In this document: positions 1-9,839 of the stretch, piece by piece
Position numbering within the stretch: position 1 is the first letter of the stretch
Layout: each line of letters starts with the position of its first letter
Source: a virus
Lineage: Duplodnaviria > Caudoviricetes
Virus record (IMG/VR): IMGVR_UViG_3300012894_000123
Span: 1 to 44,751 of that record
DNA: 44,751 bases
Direction: 5' to 3' (one strand)
Notes under the pieces: generated by a model
Seen by the model: the letters and a program-made list of their open reading frames with translations, nothing else
The model's database searches: none
What the model was told of the DNA's origin: nothing
Program-made: the position numbers and the translations under genes

Positions 1-3000
1 TTAGTTTATCTGACCCCGTTGGCGGTCCGCTTCCCGGTCGCCTAGGCGCTGCTCTACTTCGGCCGTATCGCCGTTATCCCAGCCGATATATTGGCGGTTA
101 GGTAGCTCCCGCACTGCGTCGCGGGCTTCCTGCACGGCGGCTTCTACTCGACTGATTGCTTGCACAAGGGGGTCGGCCCCGCCTGCTCTGCCCGTCGCCG
201 GCAGCGGGCCGCCTTGCACGCCGCCATCCTCATAATAGCCCTGCTGCGAGCGCACCGGTGCCCCGCCACGGTAGAGGCTGGTATCAATCAGCTCATCGAC
301 CAGGTGCTTGTTATTGGCGTAGGTCTGGCGCGAGAGAATCATGTAGGGCTCGCCCCGCTCCCACTCGCCCAGGTGCTCGCCGGTGGCCCCGTCTACCATG
401 CGGATACCACCGCCCGAGTGGCGCTGGCCCACGCTAGCCACGCCGGCCGTGGGGTTAATGCGCCCGCCGGTCGCGTATTCCTTCACGCCCCGCCAGCTCT
501 GCTTCATAGCTCGATTCGCCCGGCCCCAGACGCCGCCCTTCTCAAATTCAGGAATAGGAGTCGCGATGATTTTAGCTGTGGCAGCGGCGGCGGCAATGCC
601 GGTGGCTATGGTAACAGGAGAAAAAATACCACCTGTATAAGCATTGGCAGCAGCCGCAGCGAGCACCGCAATAGCACCCTGAATAATTGAGTTAGCAATC
701 TGATATTCTTTATCCTTCTCGGCTTGCTGCCTCTTGATAGCCCTGGTCTTTTCATCGTAGCTCGTCTCGATGCTTGACTTATCCGCCTCGTAGCTTTCCT
801 TGCTGATGCGACCAGCCTTGTACTCAGCATCGAGTTTGGCCAGGCGCTGGGTCTTTTCCTTATCTAACCTGGTCAATTCCTTATCGGAAGCGATTTTTTG
901 CAAGTCGGCAGCGAGCGTTAGCGCTTGGCTCATGTAGCCTAAATTATCGGCTATATCCTTGTATTTGCGAGCCTTTTCATCGTCAGCATACTTCTCTGAC
1001 AATTCACTTTTCTTAGCCAGGTAGTTTTCGTGAATAGCTGCACTTGCATCAGCATAATCTTGGTCACTGATTAGCCCGGCCGCGTGCTCATCATCGAGCT
1101 TTTGAATAGCAGCAGCTTCGCCCTTATCCAGGTTACTTAACTTCTCTGCTAATTCCTCGCTGGCAATTTTCTTCAACTCTTCGAGGTTGCCATTAGCATC
1201 CTTGATGCGCTTAGCCCGGCTTATTTGAGCAGTTTCCTGCTCAATTGCCGCAATGCTATCAAGCGTCTGTTGATGGTCAGCTACGCGGGCTTTCTCGTTG
1301 GCAGCCAACTCCTGTGCTTGCTTATCGTTGATTGCCTTTACCTTAGCCACGTAATTCACGTCAGCCTGATTGAGTTTCAGTAAGGCCTCGTTATGCGCCG
1401 TTCTAATTTCCGCATCCTTGCGGTCAAATTCATTCTTTATGAGCGAGTTGTTCATTTTCTGAACTTCCAACTCAGCCAAACCCCGCTTCTGCGCGTCGGC
1501 CACCTGTACTGCCTCAATATCAACGGCTAGCTTATCCATGATAAGCCTGCGCTGCTCGGCTATTTGCTCGGCTGTACCCTTGGCAATCTCCTTCTCGCGG
1601 TCGGCCGCCGCGATTAACTGCGCAATCTTGCGCTCGGCTTCATCGGGAATCTGCGCGGCGCGCAGGTCGGCAATTTTCTTCTCAACCTCAGCCTGCTCCT
1701 TCGCTCGCTTCTGGGCTGCATCCAGCTGCTTTTTGGCAAATTCTTGGTCGAGTTGGTGAATATCACGCTGCGCCTCGGCAATGATAACCTTTTTATCCCC
1801 CGCGGTTTTCTTCTCCCCAAGTAAGTCGATATCGCGCTTGATAGCTACCTCCTGCTTTTTTAGCCGCAACTCTTCGGCTGAGCCAGCCTGCACCAGTGCC
1901 AGCGCCGCTTTGATGTTGGCCTCGCGGGCTTTGAGGGCCTCCAGGTCAGCGGTGGCCGCGGCGGCAGCCTTCTCCTCAGCCCGCTTCTTTGCCTGCTTCA
2001 CCTGCTGCTGATGCTGCTCCTCCGACTTCTTTTCCCGCTTAGAATCCTCTAGCTTCTGCCGCTCGTCGTAGCCCTGCGCAAAGGCGCCGGCGACGCCATC
2101 ACCGATACCTACCGTAGCCTTCTTCACAGCCGACCCCAACTCCTCCAAACCTTTCTTTATGCGGGCCGGGTCGAATGTAAAAATGCCCGCTATCAAGTCG
2201 GCCGTACCCATCAGGTTAGTTATAACCGCATCCTTGATATTCTTGGCCACCTGCACGAAGGCAGCCGCTAGACCAGCCATCACCACGCGCACTTTTTCAC
2301 TGCGCTCATAAAGGGTCAAAAATGCCCCAATTAGCACCGAAACTATTGCAATAAATAGCCCGACGGGATTGTCTTTGAAAGCAGTATTAAGCAGCCGCTG
2401 GGCGGTTGTGTACTTGGTCGTAGCGAAGGTGGCTGCCTCATCCCAGAGAATTTTGCCTTTCGTTACCGCTGTGTTATAGAGCGTAGTAGCGGTTAGCTTT
2501 ATCTGTTCCGCGTTCAGCGTCAACACGGCCACCGCCAAGCCACCTAGGGCTGCCCGGTTCTCGTTCAGGAAACCAGGCAACGACTTGATTAGGCCGATGA
2601 AAAACCCAATAGTTTGCAGCGCCAGAATATAGACGGGAATCAAGCGCTCCCCTAGCTCTACCCGACCCTGGGCAAATGCTTTCTCGGCCTTGGCCACCTC
2701 CGCCGCTGCGTTGGTATTTTTCTTCAGATACTCATCAAGTAGGCTGGTACCCTTCTCGTACTCCTTCGAGGCGAGAGCCTGCTTCTCACGCACGAAGTCG
2801 GTCTGGTTAGCCAGCAGGCTCACAACCTTCGTTGCTTCCTGGCTCTTGACGCCGAGACCGTCGAGTGTAGCAATGATATCGGTGTTCGCGGCCCCCTTAA
2901 ATGACTCGGCCAGCCGTAGAATTACTTCATTAGGGTTGGAGTTAATGAGTTGCTTGAATTGCTGCTCCGTCACACCTATTTGCTTAGCGAAGCCGGCTGT

Positions 3001-4041
3001 GTCCTTCGACGCAGTAAGCAGCACGTTGGTAAGACCACCCGCCGAGATTTCAGCCGATAAGCCCAACTCTTGGAAGGCTGCCCCGAGCCCTAGGGTCTGG
3101 GTAATCTGCGGGGCTAGGTCGCCCAGCTGGCCGATGCGAGCCGCAAAGTCGGCAATGACCGGGCCGGTAGCCGTGCCATCGGCGCCCAGGGCGTTGATAG
3201 CAGAGCCGATTTTTGTAATTGCCTCAGCCGGGCTCACGTCGGCCGCATCTTTAAACAGCTTTTGCAGGCCACCCAAACTCTTAGTAACTTCCTCGACCCC
3301 ACCCGTAAACTCATCCCCTAGGGCTACTACTGCCTGGTCAACTGCCGTAGTGAAGGCCACCGCCTGGTCTTTAGCAATGCCCAGTTGGCCGGCAGCGATA
3401 GCAATGCCCTCTAGGTTTTCCTCCGCAGTACGGGTATCGATTTTTTGCAGTTGCTCACGTAAGGCCTTAGCCTCGGCCGTGGTGATGTTCAGCGACTTCT
3501 CCATATCGGAGATAGAATCGCTGCTCTTCACCGCCGCGTCAATACTCTCACTGCCCAGTTGCTTCAGGCCGGTGGCTAGCGCCTGCACGCCTAGCTGGAT
3601 GCCGGCGAAGCCCGCCGCTTTCTTCACGAAATCCAGGAAGCCATTGCCAGCGTTGCCCAGCTCATCACGGAAGGCCCGGGCGCCGTTCTTCACCTCGGCC
3701 AAGCGGTTCTCGACTTCGGCAATCTCGCGCGACTTGGCTACGAAGGCCTCCGTGTTGGGCACCAGGTCTTTCAACTCGCGGTTGAGTTGCGCGTTGAGCT
3801 TGCCCAGCTGCGTGATGGTGAGGCCGGCCAAGCCTAGCTCCTGGCGCAACTCGCCAATGCGCTTGTTGACCTGGTTTAGCTCCTTGTTGGCGGCCACGTA
3901 CTCGTCGGTACCGCGCTTCATTTCCCCGAGGCCCTGCTTGAGCAGCTGGGCCTTGCGGGTGAGGTTGTCGAGTTCGGTGCGCGACTGCGAGCCGTCGATT
4001 TCCAGCTTAATCTGGACGTTGTCCTGTCTTACCTGTGCCAT
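1..4041 (-). CDS. Phage tail tape measure protein
   Basis: 1346 aa; Ala-rich helical and coiled-coil; TP901-type core (AAGQLGI...GLSAEISAGGL); central hydrophobic stretches; C-terminal FEKGG/YATGG/HSGGG motifs. Confidence 0.92.
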   Translation of the reverse strand: MAQVRQDNVQIKLEIDGSQSRTELDNLTRKAQLLKQGLGEMKRGTDEYVAANKELNQVNKRIGELRQELGLAGLTITQLGKLNAQLNRELKDLVPNTEAFVAKSREIAEVENRLAEVKNGARAFRDELGNAGNGFLDFVKKAAGFAGIQLGVQALATGLKQLGSESIDAAVKSSDSISDMEKSLNITTAEAKALREQLQKIDTRTAEENLEGIAIAAGQLGIAKDQAVAFTTAVDQAVVALGDEFTGGVEEVTKSLGGLQKLFKDAADVSPAEAITKIGSAINALGADGTATGPVIADFAARIGQLGDLAPQITQTLGLGAAFQELGLSAEISAGGLTNVLLTASKDTAGFAKQIGVTEQQFKQLINSNPNEVILRLAESFKGAANTDIIATLDGLGVKSQEATKVVSLLANQTDFVREKQALASKEYEKGTSLLDEYLKKNTNAAAEVAKAEKAFAQGRVELGERLIPVYILALQTIGFFIGLIKSLPGFLNENRAALGGLAVAVLTLNAEQIKLTATTLYNTAVTKGKILWDEAATFATTKYTTAQRLLNTAFKDNPVGLFIAIVSVLIGAFLTLYERSEKVRVVMAGLAAAFVQVAKNIKDAVITNLMGTADLIAGIFTFDPARIKKGLEELGSAVKKATVGIGDGVAGAFAQGYDERQKLEDSKREKKSEEQHQQQVKQAKKRAEEKAAAAATADLEALKAREANIKAALALVQAGSAEELRLKKQEVAIKRDIDLLGEKKTAGDKKVIIAEAQRDIHQLDQEFAKKQLDAAQKRAKEQAEVEKKIADLRAAQIPDEAERKIAQLIAAADREKEIAKGTAEQIAEQRRLIMDKLAVDIEAVQVADAQKRGLAELEVQKMNNSLIKNEFDRKDAEIRTAHNEALLKLNQADVNYVAKVKAINDKQAQELAANEKARVADHQQTLDSIAAIEQETAQISRAKRIKDANGNLEELKKIASEELAEKLSNLDKGEAAAIQKLDDEHAAGLISDQDYADASAAIHENYLAKKSELSEKYADDEKARKYKDIADNLGYMSQALTLAADLQKIASDKELTRLDKEKTQRLAKLDAEYKAGRISKESYEADKSSIETSYDEKTRAIKRQQAEKDKEYQIANSIIQGAIAVLAAAAANAYTGGIFSPVTIATGIAAAAATAKIIATPIPEFEKGGVWGRANRAMKQSWRGVKEYATGGRINPTAGVASVGQRHSGGGIRMVDGATGEHLGEWERGEPYMILSRQTYANNKHLVDELIDTSLYRGGAPVRSQQGYYEDGGVQGGPLPATGRAGGADPLVQAISRVEAAVQEARDAVRELPNRQYIGWDNGDTAEVEQRLGDREADRQRGQIN

Positions 4042-4577
4042 TAGTCAATGCGAAGCGTAGCCGCCAGGTGCGTGCCGGTGGCCGCCACGTAGCGCGTGGT
4101 TACCGCGTCGATGAAGCGGTTGATGCTGGAGTAAAAAGTTTTGCTGAACCAGGACTTGGGGCGCACGGCTTCGAAGTCGCGCAGCTTGGCGCGGGCCAGG
4201 CCCCAGGCAATGCGGTTGATGGCCCGCGAGCTAGTGGGCAGCACCTTGGAGCGGCTGGTGTAGCCGGGGATGTAGTCGAAGTGACTCAGGCCCACTTTCT
4301 TGACGTAGGCCTCCAGCTCCTCAAGGGGCGGGGCCTTGGTGCGGCCCACCACCTTCATATCCTTAATGCGGCCGTACTGCTCGAACAGGACGCCCATGGT
4401 AGCCACGTGCTGCGCGGTAGCCTGCACCACTTCCGTCCGGAGCGAGTGCAGCAGCTGCTCGGTGAGCACGAGGCCCTTGGCCTGAATGGCCTGCGTGAGC
4501 AGCCCCAGCGCCCGGGCGGCGTAGTCGCCTACTTCCTCGTCGAGGATGCGCTTAAACTCATCTTGGTAATCAGCCAT
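4041..4577 (-). CDS. Hypothetical virion morphogenesis protein (possible neck/tail completion)
   Basis: 178 aa ORF overlapping the TMP start by 1 nt; basic C-terminus; preceded by the late-promoter motif. Confidence 0.6.
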   Translation of the reverse strand: MADYQDEFKRILDEEVGDYAARALGLLTQAIQAKGLVLTEQLLHSLRTEVVQATAQHVATMGVLFEQYGRIKDMKVVGRTKAPPLEELEAYVKKVGLSHFDYIPGYTSRSKVLPTSSRAINRIAWGLARAKLRDFEAVRPKSWFSKTFYSSINRFIDAVTTRYVAATGTHLAATLRID

Positions 4578-4581
4578 GCCC

Positions 4582-4616
4582 CAAATTGGCGCATGAGCCT
4601 AGGGGGGCGTAGGACG
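4582..4616 (-). promoter_or_regulatory. Late-promoter motif copy (CGTCCTA-N20-CCAATTTG)
   Basis: Plus-strand TAGGACG at 4610-4616; ATG lies 4 nt after the TTTG. Confidence 0.7.
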
Positions 4617-4617
4617 C

Positions 4618-4650
4618 AAAAAAGCCCCGCCGCTCGTCAGCGGTGGGGCT
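4618..4650 (-). terminator. Intrinsic terminator after the portal/lysis block
   Basis: Stem AGCCCCGCCGCT/AGCGGTGGGGCT with a U6 tail on the minus strand. Confidence 0.8.
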
Positions 4651-4806
4651 CTCATACCGGGCCAGGTGTATGCGTAGAACGACCTAGGAGCGCCTAGTCA
4701 CCCCGATACGCACGTCGGTGGCGCGTCACCAGTGGCCCCCAATAGGCAAGCGAAAGCACAGTGATAATATATCTGGCCGCTGGATGAGGTAAAAATAGCT
4801 TATAAG

Positions 4807-5406
4807 CTACGTAACTCGCCATTTGAGCAGCTGCCGCACCGGGGCCACGCGGGCCGAGAGTACTTCCCAGCCAATCGCGCCGCTGACGGCTACCAGCAGG
4901 AACACCCACCAGGGCAGCCCGCCGCGGTTGGTGGTACTGGCCGTGGCGTGGGGGGCGGTGGCCGCCGCGCCGTGGCGCTGGCCGGCCTTGCGGTTATCGG
5001 AGGCGGAGGCGTGGGGCGCCGTGGCCACCGGCGCACTCGGGCGGTTGATGGCCGTGGCGCCGGGCGCGGTGGCCACGCTGCTGTTCTTCACCTTGCTGGG
5101 CTGCACGCCGGCGCGGGCCAGGTTCTGAGCCTGGGCCTTCTGCCACTGCCGGCGCTGCTTAGGGGTGCTGCCGGCCGGCGCGGGGATGAGGTAGGGCGGC
5201 AAGCCGGCCAGGCTACTAGGCAGCCAGTTTTTCAGCGTCAGCGAGTCGAGGTGCTGCACCGTCCCTAGGGTGGGTGGTGCCTGCTCAGCAGTGGCCGGCT
5301 GGCTGGCTGCACAGCCGCTCAGGCTCAGCGCCACCAACAAGAGAACGGCGGCAGCTATAACGCCGCCCCAAAAGCCGCACCAGGCGGCAAGAATATAACG
5401 TAGCAT
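4807..5406 (-). CDS. Putative unimolecular spanin (lipoprotein with C-terminal TM)
   Basis: Start re-assigned to ATG 5406 (MLRYIL...); hydrophobic signal ending in lipobox LSGC; C-terminal TM LPWWVFLLVAVSGAIGWEVL; directly downstream of the endolysin. Confidence 0.65.
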   Translation of the reverse strand: MLRYILAAWCGFWGGVIAAAVLLLVALSLSGCAASQPATAEQAPPTLGTVQHLDSLTLKNWLPSSLAGLPPYLIPAPAGSTPKQRRQWQKAQAQNLARAGVQPSKVKNSSVATAPGATAINRPSAPVATAPHASASDNRKAGQRHGAAATAPHATASTTNRGGLPWWVFLLVAVSGAIGWEVLSARVAPVRQLLKWRVT

Positions 5407-5411
5407 AACGT

Positions 5412-5876
5412 TTACGAGAGGTAAAGGGCGGCTTCGCGGGCACGCCGGGCCACGAGGCCGGGGGCTACCTGCTTGACGCCAGTTTTGGGGTTGGTGACCT
5501 TGTTCCACAGCCCGAAGGCGGTTTTAATGGCGGCGGCATTGGTGCTGCCGGCGTTGGCCAGGGCCAGCACGCTCGACTTGTCGAAGCCCCCGGTGCCGAT
5601 GTTGAAGCACAGCGACACCATGGCGTCAAACTGGTTCTGGGTCACGTCGCGGTGCAGGCGGCCGGCCACGTAGGCGCCGTACTGCCTATCGACGTCGCGC
5701 TGGAGCAGCTCGCTGGCCTGGGCCTCGGTGAGCGTGGCCGACGTAAGGTTGGCGTCGGCCTGCGTAATCACGTGGCCGTAGCCGATGGTGGGCTTGCCGG
5801 CCGCGCAGTAGTAGAGGCGGGGCATAAACTTCTCCTCGCGCTTGATGAGCGCCAGGCCTACGGCAGAAATTTTCAT
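5412..5876 (-). CDS. Endolysin, GH24 phage lysozyme
   Basis: LIKREE...YYCAAGKPTIGYGH, QNQFDAMVSLCFNIG and GLVARRAREAALY motifs. Confidence 0.93.
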   Translation of the reverse strand: MKISAVGLALIKREEKFMPRLYYCAAGKPTIGYGHVITQADANLTSATLTEAQASELLQRDVDRQYGAYVAGRLHRDVTQNQFDAMVSLCFNIGTGGFDKSSVLALANAGSTNAAAIKTAFGLWNKVTNPKTGVKQVAPGLVARRAREAALYLS

Positions 5877-6697
5877 TGTTCTTCTTTCTCGGCTGCGCGC
5901 CGGCGGCGGGCCTGTCGGGCCAGGTTGAAAAAGATGGTGTGCAGGCTGGTGTGCGCGACCTGCTCGTAGGTGCCATAGGTGCCGCGCTCAGCCACGTCGG
6001 CCAGCAGCTCCAGTAGCTCGGTGCCGTCGCTCAGGGGCTTGGCAGGCTTGGCGTGGGCCGGCTGCTCCGGCACCACGACTTTCTTGAAAAGCTCGTGGTA
6101 GGCCTGGTGCACGAAGCGGTGCGCGGCCAGGTAGTGGTGCAGCACCACGATTTTGACCCCTAGGGGCGCGTCGGCTAGCTCCAGGGCGCGGGCCTCGGCC
6201 AGCTTGGCGTTGTAGCGCTCGCGGCGCTGCCCGTCCCACAGCGGGTTGCGCTCCCACTCGGCCAGGTTCTCGCGCAGCGGCCGGCAGAGCGAGGCCACCA
6301 GCTGGTCGAGCGCGGCCGGCCGAGGCTTTTGCGGGTGGGCAAACTGGTGGAAGTACACCGTGGCCATCGCGTACTCGACAACGACCGCATCGAGCAGCCT
6401 CGGCTCGGGCAGCTGGTAGGTGGTGCCGCGGTGCGTGAACTCGCTCACGCCCTGCGTATCGAGTTCCTTGCGCCAGGCCCAGGCCGTGAGCGTGGCCACG
6501 TCCCACAGCTGGTCGTCAGTCAACCCGCGCCACATTTTGCGGGGCACCTTCGGGCACCAGGCCTTCAGCACCCGCAGCCGGGCAGCCAGTGACTCTTCGG
6601 CCAGGTGCGGCGCAGCGGCGAAAAACTGCTCGGGTGTTAGCTCGGCCCAGGTTTCGGGCACCTGGTAGGGCCGGTCGTTCAGTCGAAAGGTGCGCAT
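5873..6697 (-). CDS. Hypothetical phage protein (possible tail assembly chaperone)
   Basis: 274 aa; N-terminal VPETWAELT motif; coupled overlaps with both neighbours. Confidence 0.55.
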   Translation of the reverse strand: MRTFRLNDRPYQVPETWAELTPEQFFAAAPHLAEESLAARLRVLKAWCPKVPRKMWRGLTDDQLWDVATLTAWAWRKELDTQGVSEFTHRGTTYQLPEPRLLDAVVVEYAMATVYFHQFAHPQKPRPAALDQLVASLCRPLRENLAEWERNPLWDGQRRERYNAKLAEARALELADAPLGVKIVVLHHYLAAHRFVHQAYHELFKKVVVPEQPAHAKPAKPLSDGTELLELLADVAERGTYGTYEQVAHTSLHTIFFNLARQARRRRAAEKEEQ

Positions 6698-7185
6698 CAG
6701 GAAACGGCCGCTACGGGTTCGGAGGTGGGCTCAGGTTCGGGCGCGGCTTCGGTGGCCGGCTGGGGCGTAGGTTCCTCTTCCTCACGCTCAGCGCGCTTGG
6801 TGAGGCGGCGGCCCAGCAAGTCGGCCACGTCGGAATCGACCAGGTCAAGCTTGCCCAGCGAAATGATGAGCCGGCGCATGTGCACGATGACGAACGGGGC
6901 CAGCACCAGTTGGGCCAGCCACATCAGGCCCGGCTCGTGGGCGGCAAAGCCGTGGGCCAGGGCCAGAATGACGGTGTAGCCGGCCAGGCGTAGCAGCAGC
7001 TGGCGCGGGCGCAGGGGCTTGCCCTGCACCAGGTTGTTGGTGAGCACGTCGAGCACCACCAGCACCAGCAGCAGGTAGTAGGTGTAGGCCGGCGTCCAGA
7101 TGTGGCGCTCGACGAACGACGTGCAGCCGGCCAGGCCTACCGCGACCAGTTCGACAAGTTGCAGGATGCTAAAGCGTTGCATCAT
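6697..7185 (-). CDS. Putative holin
   Basis: 162 aa with 3-4 hydrophobic helices (LLLVLVVLDVLT), acidic Pro-rich tail, close to the endolysin. Confidence 0.6.
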   Translation of the reverse strand: MMQRFSILQLVELVAVGLAGCTSFVERHIWTPAYTYYLLLVLVVLDVLTNNLVQGKPLRPRQLLLRLAGYTVILALAHGFAAHEPGLMWLAQLVLAPFVIVHMRRLIISLGKLDLVDSDVADLLGRRLTKRAEREEEEPTPQPATEAAPEPEPTSEPVAAVS

Positions 7186-8126
7186 ACCCAGAAGGAAGGT
7201 TTACCGGCGTTGTCGTAGAGTTCCGCCGCTTGCGCGGGTTCTTCGGGGGCGCGCTGCGCATCGAGGTAGTCCACGAGCTTGGCCTGGTAGCGGTCGGCCG
7301 TGGCGCTGGCCCGCTGCGAGAGGGCGGATAGCTGCTCGGGGCCGGCTGCCTGGCGCTCGCGCACGGCCTCGTTATCCGAGAGCAGCCGCAGGCTGGTGCC
7401 GGTCAGGGCTACGCTCATGCTCAGGATGCCCTGGGCCAGGGCGCGGTGCGCCACCACCGGGCGCACCAGGCTCAGCAGCTTCAGGGCTTCGGTCGAGGGA
7501 GCCTCGCCGCTGGCCAAGCCATCCTGCAAGGCCTCTAGCTCCTCCTCGCCCAGCAAGTCGGCTAGCTCCAAGTCCTCGACCTGGCGCAGGGCCGGCAGCA
7601 AGGCCAGCCAGAAGCGCCGGCTGTTAGCCGTGGCTACGTAGCGGCCCAGCACTTCGGCCGAGCCGATGAGCAGGCGCTTGCGCGAGCGGTACTCGGCCGA
7701 GTCCAGCTCGTCGGCGTAGTCGGCCGCGTGGCGGTCTATCCACCCTAGGGCCAGGTCGAGCAGCTTATCGGCGTTCGAGCTGGCCGCTTCGATGAAGTTG
7801 TTGTACACCCACTGGCGCGAGGGGGCCGCGCCCCCGAAGCTGGTTTCAGTCGCGCCGGCGTCGTTGAGCGTCACGGCCAGGATGGGCGCGGCTTCGAGCA
7901 GCATGTAGTACGCCAGCGGCCGGCGCAGCTGGTTGCGCAGGGCTACCAGCCGGGCGTCGCCGCCCGTTTCGGGCAGCTCGCCCAGCTGCTGCAACAGCCC
8001 CTCCCCGACGACCGGCGCGAGGTGGATGCTCGCGGCCGTTTCGCTGAAGGCGAGCAGGCTGCCGCTGTTTTGCTTGTGCACGGCCGGCAGCAGGGCCTTC
8101 AATTCGTCTACAGTTTTGAATAACAT
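7182..8126 (-). CDS. Putative head-tail connector/adaptor (DUF6712-like)
   Basis: 314 aa immediately after the portal; two internally similar helical halves. Confidence 0.55.
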   Translation of the reverse strand: MLFKTVDELKALLPAVHKQNSGSLLAFSETAASIHLAPVVGEGLLQQLGELPETGGDARLVALRNQLRRPLAYYMLLEAAPILAVTLNDAGATETSFGGAAPSRQWVYNNFIEAASSNADKLLDLALGWIDRHAADYADELDSAEYRSRKRLLIGSAEVLGRYVATANSRRFWLALLPALRQVEDLELADLLGEEELEALQDGLASGEAPSTEALKLLSLVRPVVAHRALAQGILSMSVALTGTSLRLLSDNEAVRERQAAGPEQLSALSQRASATADRYQAKLVDYLDAQRAPEEPAQAAELYDNAGKPSFWV

Positions 8127-8130
8127 GGCG

Positions 8131-9399
8131 TTACATGGAGGTATTAGCTACCTTCTGCTTGCCGGTCGGATTGTCGGCAATCGTGGTGATGTCGATATCC
8201 TCGAAGCCGAAGAAGTGCTGCGGGTTGAAGCCCTGGATTTTGCAGGCGGCCTTGAGCACCGAGAGCAGGATTTTGCGCTTGATGGGCGTGCGCATGGCCA
8301 CGTGCAGCTGGTAGCTGATGCGCTTCTCGCTGCCCGAGCCGCCGAACTTGCCCCCGGTGTCGATGCCGGCCAGGCTCGGGTCGATGCCGTGCGAGCTGGT
8401 GTGGGCGACGTTAGCCTGCTGGTTCACCGACTCGTAGGCCTTGTCGCTCATCTTGTTCTCAATGGGCAGGATTTCCCAGCCTGGCAGGGGCTTACCCATC
8501 GCGTCGAGGCCGTACTTGCTCACAAATACCTTGTCAGTATTCTCGACCCCGGCCAGCATCTCGTTCATGTTGGCCATCAGGTCCATTTCGGCCTTTTTCT
8601 TGGCTTCAGGCGTGTTGAACTGGTCGAAATACCCCATCGGTATCCGGATGTGGTACTTGAGGTTGTAGCCGTTATCCAGGCCCGACTCGTGGAACTTGGC
8701 GATTTTGTTGCTCACCTTCGTCCACTGCCGCGAGCCCCAGTAAGGCGGCAAATCGTAGTACTTCTGGCCCGGCGTCCAGTCGCGGCCGTGCACCAGGCAC
8801 TCGCCGTACTTGGTGGGGTTCTTCGGGTCGTAGGCGGGCAGAATCTTCGCCTCGTCGGCCCGGAAGTTGGCCCAGTTGTGGTGCAGCGCGTAGCGCTCGG
8901 GCCGGGGCTTAGTCGTGACCAGGGCGCGCACCACCGTGGCGTCGAAGCTCTGGATGTCCTCCACGTAGTTTTTGCTGGCCAGGGAGAGCACGCCGAAGCA
9001 GTTGGCGAAGGCTTCGAGGTTGAAGGCCAGGCTTTGCATCTTGGCGTCGCCGTCAATGCCCTCGAACCAGTCCTCCATCTCGGTATCGAGCACCGGTTCG
9101 AGCACAATCCGGCCGCCCTCAATGCGGCGCGTGAACACGCCGATGCGCGAGCCCAGCACCAAATCGCGCGCGGTGGTGATGAGCTGCGGCTTGAGGTGGT
9201 TGCCGTACACCAGCTCCAGCATTTTCTGCGGTTGCAGGTTGTCGGGGCCCCAGGGCGCGATTTTGTAGCCGCCCTGGTTGAGTGGGCTGGCCCCAAAATT
9301 CACGTCCTGGGCTTTGTCGCTGCCCGTAAGCTCTACCAAGGCGCGGGCGCCGGGCAGAATCCACAGGCCCCCGTCTAATTCTTTGATGTCCTTCGCCAT
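8131..9399 (-). CDS. Portal protein
   Basis: 422 aa; PWGPDNLQP, YYDLPPYWG, GIDPSLAG and GGSGSEKR motifs typical of Bacteroidota phage portals; near terminase. Confidence 0.8.
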   Translation of the reverse strand: MAKDIKELDGGLWILPGARALVELTGSDKAQDVNFGASPLNQGGYKIAPWGPDNLQPQKMLELVYGNHLKPQLITTARDLVLGSRIGVFTRRIEGGRIVLEPVLDTEMEDWFEGIDGDAKMQSLAFNLEAFANCFGVLSLASKNYVEDIQSFDATVVRALVTTKPRPERYALHHNWANFRADEAKILPAYDPKNPTKYGECLVHGRDWTPGQKYYDLPPYWGSRQWTKVSNKIAKFHESGLDNGYNLKYHIRIPMGYFDQFNTPEAKKKAEMDLMANMNEMLAGVENTDKVFVSKYGLDAMGKPLPGWEILPIENKMSDKAYESVNQQANVAHTSSHGIDPSLAGIDTGGKFGGSGSEKRISYQLHVAMRTPIKRKILLSVLKAACKIQGFNPQHFFGFEDIDITTIADNPTGKQKVANTSM

Positions 9400-9406
9400 A
9401 AGGGGC

Positions 9407-9706
9407 CTAGCCGTGCAGGATGCGCCGGTCGTTGTAGTGCGTGAGTAAGCTGATGCGCAGCGCGAACGACTGCTTGGTTTGGCAGTCCACGAGCAGCAGC
9501 ACGCCCTTTTCCTTCACCCGGTAGTGGAACTTGCCGCTACCGCCCGTCGAACCGCCCGAGCGGCCGGCTTTCTGCACGGCGGCCTTGCTGCCGGGCGTGC
9601 CATCGGTTTTGTAGTAGCGCAGCGAGAAGGCCTTAGGGCGGCCCTCGCCGTCGGGCAGCTCTATCTCGGCCAGCACCGTGCGAATGTGAATGAGGGGGCG
9701 TTGCAT
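9407..9706 (-). CDS. Hypothetical phage protein upstream of the portal
   Basis: Start re-assigned to ATG 9706 (MQRPLIHIR), 99 aa, just after a late-promoter motif. Confidence 0.65.
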   Translation of the reverse strand: MQRPLIHIRTVLAEIELPDGEGRPKAFSLRYYKTDGTPGSKAAVQKAGRSGGSTGGSGKFHYRVKEKGVLLLVDCQTKQSFALRISLLTHYNDRRILHG

Positions 9707-9712
9707 GGCACC

Positions 9713-9747
9713 CAAATTGCCAGATTCGCGGGCCGGCGAATAGGACG
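9713..9747 (-). promoter_or_regulatory. Late-promoter motif copy (CGTCCTA-N20-GCAATTTG)
   Basis: TAGGACG at 9741-9747. Confidence 0.7.
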
Positions 9748-9839
9748 CAACCCGATTATTGTCTGTTTTGACCCGTTGAGCTTGAAAATCAGGCAGAACG
9801 CTCGCCAAAAGGGGCAAAAATTATTGTCTGACCCACGCG

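Noticed and set aside
2690-4060. 456-aa plus-strand ORF, and similar long antisense ORFs at 7933-9378 and 19415-20341
   Set aside because: Shadow frames opposite well-supported genes in high-GC DNA; no recognisable motifs
4694-4909. 71-aa minus-strand ORF after the spanin-like gene
   Set aside because: Largely overlaps the upstream gene and has no motif; a 42-aa version from 4822 cannot be excluded but is unsupported
9707-9817. ORF-track N-terminal extensions (also at 5508, 12639, 13510, 14926, 17844, 18327, 29206, 35062, 37474, 38512, 38742, 40372, 40524)
   Set aside because: They run through promoter or RNA elements or neighbouring genes; downstream starts fit coupling and leader motifs better
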